Below are positions 23,853-35,975 of a stretch of 64,000 nucleotides of DNA, in pieces. Position 1 is the first letter of the stretch; each line of letters starts with the position of its first letter. Origin of the DNA: Camelus dromedarius (Eukaryota). The translations under genes and the position numbers were made by a program. The notes below the pieces were generated by a model. That model saw only the letters and a list, made by a program, of their open reading frames with translations, had not been told where the DNA came from and did not search any database. The stretch covers positions 40,922,001-40,986,000 of the forward strand of contig NC_087447.1 of the NCBI RefSeq assembly GCF_036321535.1, read 5' to 3'.

Positions 23853-25119
23853 AATTCTAAGTCGTTTCTTGTTAAACCTCCAGGTTCCCCATTGTTCAGA
23901 AAGCATAGCTGGGCCTGCAGGCACTAAAAGTAGGGTGCCTTGTACAAAACTGTTTCCCTCTTTTGTGCTCAGGCCACTTATTGATTCAATCCACCACTGG
24001 CTGGGCTTCTGAGGTGTCCAAGTGACAACTTCAGAGGCTCCTCTTTGCCAAATCACCCTGTAATCTGACCGGCTTCGTGGTTACCCCATCCAAGATGCAC
24101 TTTGTTGTTTGCTTTTTAAATAACAAACAACTGTCTGTCCTTATTATGGTTTTCCCAGACTTTGGAGCAATCAGCAGCTCTGATGACAGCCGTACCAGTA
24201 AGTGCACATGTCTCTCAGCATCTCCCCCGACCACTTCAGAGCAGCTAAGTGGATAAAACTGATTTTATATCACCTGGGCAGCCTCTTGTGTCTGAGGAGC
24301 CCACCCTGGTGGTGGGAGCCAGGCCCCGCTGACAGGGATGAAGGAACGGGTAGCAGTGACTGGCTCCCTGGCTCTCCTTGTCTGGCAGCCCACACTCTGG
24401 AGCCTCAGGAAATCCAGGTCCTGGCACACCGGGTGCCTGAGAGCTACACTCTGTCTTGGGGAGAGAGCATGGTGCGTTTAACCCAAGGGCACATTGGCAG
24501 CTGTGCATCTTTGCAGAGAGGCTCAGGGAAGGCTTTCTGGAGGTAGTGAGTTTCTAAGACCAATATTTCCTGATATGTTAGTTTCCCCAATTTGGCTGTT
24601 GGATCGTCCAGGACAGGGAACCATGGCTTTCTCATCTCTGTATCCTCAGAACCTAACTTAGAGAGTACTTGTCTTTGGATGATGGATGGATGGATGGATG
24701 AGATGTCTGTCTGCATCTATTTAATTTCCTAAATCATACCAGCCATCAAATTCTTCTTTAGTGCTGTTAAACTGGAATCCACAGCAGTCATCAGCTTTCC
24801 TTGGTAGAGAACTGAAAATCCAGGGCACACACTTGACAGTTTTAAGATTCTGATGAAAAGCCCACCCAGTTCTTACCCAATTTACGTATTGAATAGGCTC
24901 CCCTTGCCTCTGTGTTCTGGTCACATTTCCACACTGAAGCCAAGCATTCCTTATTTGGCCTCTGCTCAGAACTTTGGTCACTATGATCCTTCACCTCTTT
25001 TATGGGAAGAATCAGCCACCTGAGTAGTTTTGCTGTCCATTTCCATGGATTTACCAAGCCTGGTAGCTTGTAAGGTTACCTTGGAGAGCAGATCCCAGCT
25101 GTAATGAGTCTTTCATTTG

Positions 25120-25510
25120 CCTCTCGAGATCCACTCTCCATCCTTTTCCTTCTACCCTGTGAGGCTGACTTTATGGAATGTTTCCATGGGCTCCCATGTT
25201 CTCTGGCTTCTAGCTGGGTTCCTCCAGTGGGCTGACCCAGCAGAAGAATGGAGTGAAGGGAGGGTGATGCCGGGACATTTATTAACCACCTCTCACCACC
25301 ACCCCCAACCCTCTCCGTCCCTGAAGCTGTTCGCAATTCAACACTCTCTACATAACTTTGCTCTTACAGGTTCTGGTACCTGCTCTCTCCTCATCTCTTT
25401 GGGCCCAGTGGTGGTAGCAGCTCCATGCTACTATCCCAGGGAACTATACTATCCCTGTGGCTCCCTTACCCCATACCCACACCATTATCCTGCCTTTATT
25501 ACATCCTCTC
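25120..25510. mobile_element. Ancient ERVL LTR (LTR33/LTR16-like)
   Basis: CTCTGGCTTCTAGCTGGGTT and GGGCCCAGTGGTGGTAGCAGCTCC motifs. Confidence 0.45.
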
Positions 25511-26153
25511 TGGATTCCTCTCCCTTGACCAATACCCTGGCCTGGAATTCTTCTTATGTCCAAAGGGTGCCTGCCTCTCTGACCCTTCCCTGGACTTCTG
25601 AGGGTCAGAGAGCATGTGCCCCCAAAGGACCACCCTTATTTACTGTCCTCCCCTGCACTGCCTTTCTCACTACACAGTCCCTTTTATGCCCTGCACCCAT
25701 GTTTTAAAAGTCCTTGTCAACCATCCTCTTTTACAAAAGCCAAGAAGTACTTCCTTTTACCATTTGGAATTAATCAAAAATACTTACCAGTGAGAGGTTT
25801 TGAATAGATCAAGATAACAAGACCTGCCCTGAGTTCTAACCTAAAGCAGAGAAATCTTGATTTGCCCCTACGACCAAATCATAGGTGGGGGTGTTAATTT
25901 CTTTGGTAACAGAGGACAAGAGCTCACAGACCCTGTGACTGGCCACTCAGAGCCCTTGTTGGGAACCACTGTTTGAAGCTGGGGGAAGTAACTGAAAACT
26001 CTGAAGTCCAAGGGTCCTATGGCTTTCCTCTAGACCAGAACCAGCCCCGACCTTTGTAAATAAAGTGTTAATGGGACATACATAGTCATTCATTTTTGTA
26101 TTGTCTGTGCATTTGCACTACAACCACAGAGTTGAGTTTTCAGACTGACCCTC

Positions 26154-26724
26154 TGTGCAAAAAAAAAAAAAAAAAAAAAAAACCAAAAGAACAGCAGCCT
26201 GATTGCTCTCCTTTGAAAGACCTGCTTACAAGGTCAGCCCTTGACTAGCATCTGGGAACCTGGATTTCAAGAAGGTTCCCACCATTCCTACAGAGGGTAA
26301 GAGAGGCTCACTGTGACCAAACTGATTATACAAATAATATGGTTTATGCTGTACACCAGCTTTCCTCCTAGAAGTCTGGGATCTGGGTATGTACCAGCCA
26401 GAGGCCCATTACGTGACCAGCACCCAATAAAAAGACTGGGTGCTGAGTCTCTAAGAGCTTCCCTGGTAGGTAACAATTCACAAGCGTCATCTCAGCTCCA
26501 TCCTGGGGAAGCCTGTGTGTTCTCTGTGTCTGGTGGGAGAGGACCCTTGGAAGCTGGCGCCTGGTTTCCTCCAGACTTTGCCTCATGTGCCTTTTCCCTT
26601 TGCTGATTTGATTTGTAATCTTTCTCTGTGATATACCATAGCTGTGAGTGCAACTATTGGCTGAGTCTCGTGAGTCCTAGCCCATCCTCGAACCCGGGGG
26701 TGGACTTGGGGACCTCACAACACA
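26154..26724 (+). mobile_element. MER21-like solo LTR nested in a MER58 MITE
   Basis: GTGACCAGCACCCAATAAAA, GAGCTTCCCTGGTAG, CCTTTTCCCTTTGCTGATTT and end GGGGACCTCACAACA. MER58 halves at ~26030-26150 and ~26725-26782. A24 run at 26159-26182. Confidence 0.8.
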
Positions 26725-26960
26725 CTGCAAAGCCCCAGATATTTGCCATCTGGCCCTTTAAGAAAAAGTTGCCAACTCCTGCTCTACACAGCCTTCACAG
26801 GGATGGAAATTACCTGTAACACATCTCCCGTCTCTAAGACTCTGCGCTCCCTAAGGCGTGGCCTGGGTCTTCTGCTCTTTAGCTACCAGCCAAGCATGAT
26901 ATCTTGCACAGAATATTTATGGAGGAAAGAAGTCAGCAAGCCTGCAAATAATGGATTCAA

Positions 26961-27190
26961 GCAGTGTTTTTTAAACTGTGAATGGTGAAATCTATTTAAA
27001 AGGTTATGACCAATGTTTTTCAAAGAAAGAATAAAATAGAAAATTCAGTGCATTGCGTATTGGAATGCTAAGTTTGCTTTCCTGAACATTTTGTTTCAGT
27101 TGTACGTGTGGACCAGATGCTGTACTGAATCATAATGTAAAAGGGTCTCTAGCGTCTGTTGCAGTGGAAAATCATTTGCAGGCCTCTGGC
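26961..27190. mobile_element. hAT-Charlie-type MITE
   Basis: CAGTGTTTTTTAAACTGTG start and AATAGAAAATTCAGTGCATTGCG...TTTTGTTTCAGTT core. Confidence 0.5.
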
Positions 27191-27287
27191 TTGTGGTGTC
27201 TTTGCCAGGTGCCCAGGGGGAAGCCCCTCGGACCCTCCCCACCTCGCTAGTCCTTAGCATTTGACCTCATTCTCCCTCCACCCCCAG

Positions 27288-27452
27288 AACGTGTACTACA
27301 CGAGCAGTCAGCAGATCCACGTGGGCATCCTGAGCCCCACGGTCGATGACGACGACAACCGGTGTCTGGTGGACGTCAACAGCCGGCCACGGCTCATCGA
27401 GTGCAGCTACGCCAAAGCCAAGAGGATGAAGCTGCACTGGCAGTTCTCTCAG
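27288..27452 (+). CDS. GALNT18: GALNT18 penultimate coding exon (165 nt, phase 0/0); lectin beta repeat
   Basis: Pyrimidine tract ending CCCCCAG at 27287; donor CAG|GTAGCA at 27453. Translates NVYYTSSQQIHVGILSPTVDDDDNRCLVDVNSRPRLIECSYAKAKRMKLHWQFSQ. CpG-rich with high GC3. Confidence 0.96.
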
Positions 27453-29735
27453 GTAGCAGCACCCGGCCCCAGAGCAGCAGCGGCACAGGGGACGGGGCGT
27501 CGGGGAGAGGGCCGGGGCCGGGGAGGGCAGCAGCCTGTGGCCATGGGGAGTGGGGCTGACGTGGCTGGTGAGACGGGGACCTTCTAGAGGGCCTGTGCAG
27601 GGCTTACATCAGGCCACTCTCTGCTGCCTTCAGCCAGGCCTGTTGTGCCCCTGAGTTCAGCTTGCTCCTAGGGGCTGAGTGACACCATGTAGGAAGGTGG
27701 TGCCAGCGGGTTGGGGCAGGGCTGGTGGCTCTTCAGAGGAGATGGTACGTAATGTGGCCCTTGAGGTAGGCGTAGGAGTCTGCTCCAGATAGAAGTAGTG
27801 AAGGGCATTCCAGGGGGCAGGAACAGCAGCACGTGTGCAGGCTGTGGGGCGTCACACCCGGTTCACGTGCGGGAAGCTGCGGACAGTCGGGTGTGGCTGG
27901 ATGAGGGCATGGTGGGGCATAGCAGGAGATGAGCCTGGAGGGCAACTGGGCCTGTGGGAGGTGAAGCTGCGCAACGGGACTGATGCGTTTAGGTCTGGGA
28001 TTTGGAAAGCCCCTAGTGGCCGGGATCTTGGGGCTGAGTGGGAAGGAGAGATTCTAGAAGAGGGGAGAGAGGCAAGAAGAAGAGATACCAGGAGGCTGAA
28101 ATGCAGTTTGAAAGTTTAGCCGTTTCTTCCTTCTTCTCTGTGACCCTGGGGTCTCCATGACCTTTCCTGGCCTGGCCACCAGAATCTCCTCTCAAGGCAG
28201 GGTCAGGGGCTGCCCCAAGGAGCCCAGTGTTTGGTGGGGTGCACCAGACAGGTGGACAGGTGTGGCTGGGAGTCCTGTAATGGATGAGCACACTGGAAGA
28301 GGGAGGGGGAGAGGACCCGGGCTGTCCTGGAATAGCCCCCGGAGATCACAGCCCAACCAAGAACCTGCCACTCTGAGGACTTTGTGTCACCAGATATGAG
28401 TGATCCTGAACTAAAATAGACTCCCTGGTTCCTTCAGAGGTCTCGTTCCTCCCAGGAGCTTCAAAATCACCAGGGGAACAGAGCTCCGTCTGTCTGTGGG
28501 GCTTTGGCCCCTGTGTCCAGCCTCCTGCAGTTTGATGTTAATAAGCGTAGCAGCTCCATTTCAAAGATGAAAAAATGAGATTAGGTCATCTGGCCAAGAT
28601 CACATGGTGGGGGAGCCATGGAGCTAGAGTTCAAACAGGCTGGCTAAATTCAAACCCAGGCTGCTCTGCCTTCCTAGCCCCACACATGGGTACACCTGAC
28701 TCCTTTCCAGCCCTCGCAGACAGACAGCCTTCCCACACATGCCCGGATCCAGGTGCCTGGGTGCCCCTGGCTGGTCCTCACGTCATCTGCCCATCCCTGA
28801 CCAGGGCAGGTCAAGGAACATTCCTCCTAAATCCAGCTGCTTCATTCATTTATCTCAGCATATGGCTTTAAACAAGCAGCCTGCACAATCCCTGCTTGAA
28901 GGGACAAAAACAAAGCAGGCCACGTGGGCATGGAGAGCCCTGGGGACTGGGCAGTTTCCAGTTCCTTACATGTATATTGAATTAAAACTCCCAGATTGCT
29001 TTGACAGTGGCCTCTTTGATCCTTCCACCAAGGGGAACTGTTTGGAGGTAATATTTTTAAATTCCTAATTTGCAAACCCAGAGCAGCCACTCTTGCTTGG
29101 TATTTAAAAATTAATGTAGGTGACATTTTTGAAATTGAATGCAAAATGATCAGTATTTATCAAGCGACCTGGAATCTGTCCCCAAGCCCTCACTGGTTAG
29201 GAGCTACTGTTGATGAGGCCAGAGAGCTGGGAGCCTCTTAAGTGATTTAAAGTCATTGCTTGGGCTAATTTTCTTGCAACAGGTTTTAATCATTGCAAAT
29301 TACATGGGGCTCCTACTAACTAAAATGTGCTGGTGCAGAAGTTGGGCTGAAAGATTTTACTGGTGCGTTTCAAATCTCCTTTTCAGTTTCACAGTCTGCA
29401 TTATTTACTCTCCTGAGGGCTGCATTTAAACTCCACAGACACTCAGGCTGAATTAATTTCAAAATAATCTAGTACGATTCTCTCAGATTCTCCTACAAAG
29501 AACATAGGCATTTGCATATCTCAGTGTTCCATCTCCTAGCCTGATTTTCTGTTTAACAAATAAAATGCCTTTCCTCTCACCCCTGCAAGCTCTTCTGAAT
29601 TTCCAGTGCTTTATGGGATGAACCAGAACAGCATCTGATACTGACACTGAGAAACCACATTTGATGAAAACATCTCTTGGCAACACTGATGTACAGGGCT
29701 CTGATGAGCAATTTTCCAATGATGAACATTCTTTC

Positions 29736-30226
29736 CTTCAGTCATTCATCAAACATTTATTGAGCACAGGGGTTGGGCAGGAGGGCTGCAGATATGAATC
29801 AGACAGGGCCTCTGCCCTGGAGGAGCTCATGGGAATGTAAACACATAACAAAACTGAAGGATGACAGCAGACATGAGGGCAGGGGGTATCATATTCCAGG
29901 AGCCCAGGGTGATGGGCTCTGTCTACACAACTCAGGGATAGCTTCACATTCAAGGCCTGTTTGATCTGGATCTTGAAAGTTGTAGGGTAGTCCCCAGGCG
30001 TAGAAAGGGAGAACATCCCATGTAGAGGTTCCTCACGGGCAAAGGCAAGAAAAAGCAGAGCACGTACAAGGAATAGAAATTCAGTGTCGATATGGGTGGA
30101 ATTTAGAATGTTGAACAGGACATGAGAGAGATCAGACATGAGTCAGTTTAGGGCAGATAATGATTGTTGAAAGTTGTACCAAGGAGTCTGGACTTCAACT
30201 TAAAAGCAAAGGGAGGAACTGAGGGA
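29736..30226 (-). mobile_element. L2 3' fragment (resumes after 30398)
   Basis: TCATTCATCAAACATTTATTGAGCAC tail; CCTCTGCCCTGGAGGAGCTCA; AAGGAGTCTGGACTT. Confidence 0.75.
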
Positions 30227-30232
30227 GGTTCT

Positions 30233-30391
30233 TTTTTTTTTTTTTAAGGTGTAGAATTTTTATTTTTTAATTGTTTTATTTTTTAATTGAAGTACAGTTG
30301 ATTTACAGCATTGTGTTAGTTTCTGGTGTACAGCATATTCAACAGCTTGTACTAACCTATAATGAAAAAGCATATATATCCATATATATAT
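30233..30391 (-). mobile_element. Short L1 insertion with 5' inversion, inside L2
   Basis: Antisense L1 terminus to ~30337, then sense-oriented L1 sequence to 30391. GGTTCT at 30227-30232 and 30392-30397. Confidence 0.75.
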
Positions 30392-32989
30392 GGTTCTCAA
30401 GCAGTGGATTATTATGGTGGGGTCTGAATCCTTCCAGCAGCAGACTACAAGGTGGATTGAAGACAGGGGAGAAAGTAGAGGCCTGTCCCATCATTCCCTG
30501 TGAGAAAAGGGATAAACTTGGTTGCTCTGGGTCTGTGGGGCCAGGCAGCTGTTGGGGAGGACTTTGAGAGACATTTCAGCAGTCTATTGGAAGTAGTGAC
30601 AGATTAAATGGAGGTAGCTGTGAGGGGAGATTATGAAGCCAGGACCACCCGACTCTGGGTTTGAAGAAGTCAGTGGACATCCATTTCCCACGTCAACACA
30701 TGATGGGACTTCATTAATGTTACAAGTGGTAGTTGTTCCTTCATGATTCTTCTGATTTGTGACCCCTCCAGGATTAAAGAGTTTCCTAAACTATGTACTG
30801 GGATTATAAATTCATATGCATTAAGTATAAAACTTTAATCTTCCCCAAGTACCATGCATACTGAGAGGGGTGGGGGTGGGGATTCTGGGATTTGTGTTAG
30901 TGAAAGAGGCAATTAGTCAATGACCCCCGGACCAATGGGAGGAGAGGGAGGAAGCAGCTGTCAGGTCAGTGCAGAGGAGAACTTTGGGGCAGGACACCTG
31001 TCAAGCAAAGCAATGGACTGCCTCTCAGTGGTGAAGAAACGCCCACCCACCTCACCATCCCCTCGTCCCCCTTACTTTGAATGGTTATGCAAATACCGGA
31101 ATCTTCTCTCCAAGATACTACTGAAGAGATTCGTGCCCGAGGAGGGCTATTATGATGTCTTCTAAAGTCTAACTTCCTTAAAGTCCATCTATTTGAGTGC
31201 GTAGTTGAAGGAACGGAGACTGTTTGCCCAGAAAGACCTCAGGAGTACCTGATCTCTGCCTTCAAATATCTGAAGGGCTTCTCTAGGCAAAAGAAAGCAG
31301 GCTTGTCCTATGTGGCTGAGGGAGGACCAGCTGGGGAGAGATTCAAGGACAACTCACAGAGCAGTTTTCTCCTGGTCAGAGATGTCTGGCCATGAGGTTG
31401 GCCAGTCAAGGAAGGGGCAGGCTCAGAGGACCACTGCACCGGCCATCAAAGGTGCTTCAGCTCTAAGTGGAGTCGGACTGGATGGTTTTAAGGGCTTGCC
31501 AACCCCTAAATCCTGTCATCTGAAGCTCCTGAAGTTAGCATGCCCTGAGAAGGGCTTTTTCCACCTGGAAGCCTTTCTAGAAAGCACCGTGAACTTGAAG
31601 ATAAGCTGGACTCCTGGTATGAGGGGCTTCCTTGCCCCACTCCACGGAGTTGCTCATCTGTGATTCTCTCTCCCATCAGCCAACAGACTGGAGGGCAGGG
31701 TTGTATCTTACCCTTCTAGCGTCTCCGGGACCTATCAGAAAGCCTACAACAGAAGACACCCAGGGTGCTGCCGATCAAATGAAGGAGTCCTTTTAAAAAT
31801 TCCCAATTAACACCAATATCCTGCATACCAGGTCTCGAGCTAGGTTTGTAGGAGACCCAAAGATGAAGAAACCGTACCCTCAATGACTGTCCTTGGCACG
31901 TGCATGCATGTCAAAAAAACCTAATTGAACTAGACTATTTCAAGGACATTTGAACGTAACATTCAAAGGGCCCTGCTTAGTCGGAAAATCCCTACAGGAA
32001 AACATTTAGGTGGTATCGCATCCCAGCCGCAATACACAGACATGCATGAAGCCCCTGGCTTCTCCAAGTTACTCTTCCTGTAACTTCAGATTTGGGGGAG
32101 AGGGGGTGGAAATGGTTTTTACTAAAGCAAGTATGCAGGCTACATGAAGGGGAGTAGCAGTTTGTGTGAATATTGATTTTAAAAAGGAGGCTTTGATGAA
32201 ATGTCAGGGTGTTGAGACCATATTTCATGCTGCCGCAGACTCTGGAGTGGACCATCACTCCCATTGGCCGTTGGGTTCTTTGGTGGAAAGGTCCATCCAG
32301 AAGTCCGAGGGCACATAGGGCAGCGTTCCCACCCGTGGGCAGTCCTCCCACCCCTGCCCCATGCACAGAGCTCATGCACTTCCAAATGGGGGACATCGAG
32401 GATAACAGGAGAGAGGACCACTCAGGTCAGGAGAGAAGAGATTTTCGAGGGCCTGGGGAGACTGCCTGGAAGAGGGCTGAGTGCAGAGCCGAGCCTGCCC
32501 ATCCAGGGACCACTGGCTCTGATCCATGTGGTCCAATTTGATAATTTGATGCAAGATGAATAACCCACTCAAGAAAGAACTTACTTGCAGAGTCCATTTC
32601 CCAGGGAGCACCACTGATTCTGCCAAAGAATTTCCCAGCTTGCAAGGAGGAGGAGGCCTTGACTTTCTCCCGCTCCCATCCCCAGGCACTGTCAGGAAGT
32701 CCAACCTTTTGTACTGAGAAGAAAAGACTATAATCGGGCGTTTCATTATGGCTCTGTAATAAAGCAGCTTTTCATTTTCACGTCATAGGAGGGGCAAGTG
32801 TGGAACTGTCCAGTTTTGAGGGACTGACAAGGCTTTGTTTAGGCCCTGAATGCTTTCTTAGTTATTTTCAGTTCATGGCAGTCAGCATGTCCCTCTTCCC
32901 CTGCTCAGCCCACAGACAGCAGGAGTCAGGACCAGGTGTGATGGCTCAGGGCCTCACTACTCAGACCTGGGTGAGATTTTAAATTTTAT

Positions 32990-33195
32990 TTCTCAAACAT
33001 TTATATGAGGCTAACCACATGCCAGGTACTACTGTAACTGCCGTCTAAATATTATTTATCCCTCATGACATTGCTGACAGGTGCTTTATCATCCTCATTC
33101 TACAGATGAGGAAACTGAGGCCCAGAGAGATTAAGTCATTTGTCCAAGGTCAAAGCTGGGAATTGTGCCTCTCAGGCCCATGCTTTAAACCATCA
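32990..33195 (-). mobile_element. MIR SINE
   Basis: TACAGATGAGGAAACTGAGGCCCAGAGAGATTAAGTCATTTGTCCAAGGTCA. Confidence 0.85.
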
Positions 33196-35051
33196 CGCCG
33201 TGGAGCTTTTGTCTTGCCTCTAGAAAACCAGGGCCTGGCTGCAGTGGGAGTTTGGGGCAGGCGTCTCCCTGCCAAGCCGGTTGTAGGTGTCTGTGCACTG
33301 GCTGCTTCCTCCGCAGACTCCCTCCAGCAGTCCTGCTGTCTCCATAACCCCCTTCACCTTTCCTTTTGCCCTTGACATTGCCGTTAGCCCATTTTCAGTC
33401 CAACAGACCTCACAGCAAATCCCAGGCGGACTCTCACTCAGGCCCAGGTGAGTCTCCTCTAAGAAGGACAAACACCAAAGCACTTTTTGAATAAACCAAG
33501 TGTTGAATATTCATTATACAGAAAGACCACTGTACTCTACAAAAAAGACTCAATCTCAGGGTTTCTTTAACGAATACTAACATCCCGCCCGTGCTTTGTA
33601 CTATTTGATTACTAATCACTAACTGCGTAACCTGGAAGCTCCCGAGCCCACTGTGCTTAAAGTCAAAGACCCACTGGGCCACTTGCCCACAGAAAATTAA
33701 TTAGAACAGGAAGCAGAAATAAGCAGTTTTTGGAATACAGGATTCAATCTGCACCCAACCTCCTCGAAAACACCTTGAGTGCAAACGTGAGACCAGCCTG
33801 AGCTCAGCCCAGCAGCTCCGGATGCTCCACCTCAGGGTGGTGAGTGCAAGTGGCAAGCCGGGCCCCAGCCTTTCCCGAGATAGGATAACTGTTTGCTTGA
33901 GTGTGGTCCTGGGACCAGCACCACCAGCAGCTGTGACATTCGGGAACTTAAAAAGGCAGATTCAGTGATCTAGGGTCTAACAAGCCCTCCAGGGACTGTT
34001 GAATCCATTTACCCCGCTCACATCCCCAAGAGGAACTGGGCAGGTCAGTCCAGTGCTCACTGTCCCACCTCTACCTGCCACAGACACACCTGGGGACACA
34101 GGTGGAGGGGAGGTGCATGTCTGTGCAATCTGGGGTCAGCGCCTCGATGCCTCAGCCCAAGGGGCTCACGGACCACAACTCCACGTGCCCCGCCATGCAC
34201 AGGGTCAGTGCTCCACGTCTAAGTGCCTCACAATGCTCCAGTGCCTTTTGCAAACAAGAAGACTGAAGCCCAGGGTGGCTTAGCCACTTGCCAGGGTCAC
34301 GGCCAGGGAGAGCCAGAGGCAAGGCTGGGGGCAGAGTTCCTTGCTTCTTCTCATACTGCCTCTGATGCCCTTTCTAGTCTCCACTCCAGAGAGGCTCAGA
34401 AGGAGAAGGAGCTAGGCTGCGGGCTGGGAACCCAGCTCTAGGAATTATTATTAGCCTTCTTAACTCTATACATTCAGCTTTCTTTTTTTTTAACCCTGCT
34501 TCCATACTTAACTTGGTTTCCGTTCCAATTAAGCTCTCTGTGTGCTGTGGCATCTCTCCTGCCAGGTTTAATTGCCCTTATTTAAATTCTTTAATTAAAA
34601 GTATTGTGTGTTTCCAGATCCTGTAGTTGTATTACACGAGTAATTTAGATGACTGGACTGGTAAACCAAGCAACTGCGCCCTCCACTGAGGGCGGGGCTG
34701 GTCTGGGGCTCTGCATCCAGCCCAGAGATGTGTGAGGACAAGACCCTGCTAACAGGTGTCCTTGCTTCCTTCCTTCCTCCCACACTCTTCTGCATCACAC
34801 AGCAGCCAGGGACCCAGTGCGCATGTCAGTCAGACCCTGTAGTGGTTGGTCCTGGCACCAGATGAACAGCCTAAGTCCGTTCACACAGCCTGCCCCTCCC
34901 TCCCCTCTTGGGCCCCATCTCCTACCCCGACCCCCCCAGGTACACCCTGGGCTCCTCCTCTCCTCCCTCACATCTTTGCCCGGCTCTCACCTCCTCATTG
35001 AGGATCATCTGTCTCCTGCTCACCACCGCTCCCAAACCCTCGCACCCTGCT

Positions 35052-35396
35052 TGTCCGAGTCCATCCAGGCTGCTGTAACAAGACCAGAGACAGGGAAGCT
35101 TGAACAACAAGCATTTAGTTGTTCCAAAGGCTGGGAAGTACAAGATCAAGGTGCCCACAGACCTGGTGTCTGGTGAGAGCCCTCCTCCTGGTTTTCATAC
35201 GGCCACCTTCTCACTGTGTCCTCACATGACAGAGAAAGAGATCAACCCTCCTGTGTGTCTTCTGCTAAGGGCACTAATCCCACCACGAGGGCTCCACCCT
35301 CATGACTAACTACCTCCCAAAGGCCCCACCTCCCATCACACTGGGGATCAGGGCTTTGATACGTGAATTTGAAGGGGACACAGTCAGTCCGCAGCA
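35052..35396 (-). mobile_element. MLT1A-like solo LTR
   Basis: TGTCCGAGTCCATCCAGGCTGCTGTAACAA...CAAGATCAAGGTGCC...GAGGGCTCCACCCTCATGAC...CAGTCCGCAGCA. Confidence 0.85.
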
Positions 35397-35779
35397 CTGC
35401 TCTACACTTTTGTGCCCAGCCCAAGCCCCTTCTAACACTGTAGAATTTACTGTCTGCTCCCCTTCCTAGAAGACACAAAAACGAAGATCTTCTCCTATTT
35501 AGTCACTGATGTAGCTCGGAGGCCGGGAACCGTTCCTGGCTCGTGGCAGGCACTCATTATATACTGGATGGATGGATAGATGGATGAATCATGTCTGCAG
35601 AGAGCACACAAAAGAACTGGACCCAACTGGCTCCCCAGAGCCCCTGAGGCTCGTCCAGATGACCTTCCCCCAGCCTAGGCAGTAGGGCACCAGCAGCTCT
35701 CCGGCAAGTCCACTCCCTTGAGACCGGCGTGGGGACGGATAAACAGTAGGGAGGGCCTGGCTGCTCATCCTAGGGAGGA

Positions 35780-35975
35780 ACAGTGAAGGGGACAGACTCC
35801 TGGACTCCCAGCCTGGTTCTCCCACTGACTGACTGTGCGACCCCACCTCTCCGAGCCTCAGCCTCCAAGTCTACAAAATGGGGATAATTATCATCTGCAC
35901 CCCTCAGTGAGGAATCTGTGAGACCGAGTGTGTGAAGCACCTGACACAGTGCTGGGGACGTGGTAGATAAGCCTT
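35780..35975 (+). mobile_element. MIR SINE
   Basis: CTCTCCGAGCCTCAGCCTCCAAGTCTACAAAATGGGGATAAT. Confidence 0.7.
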
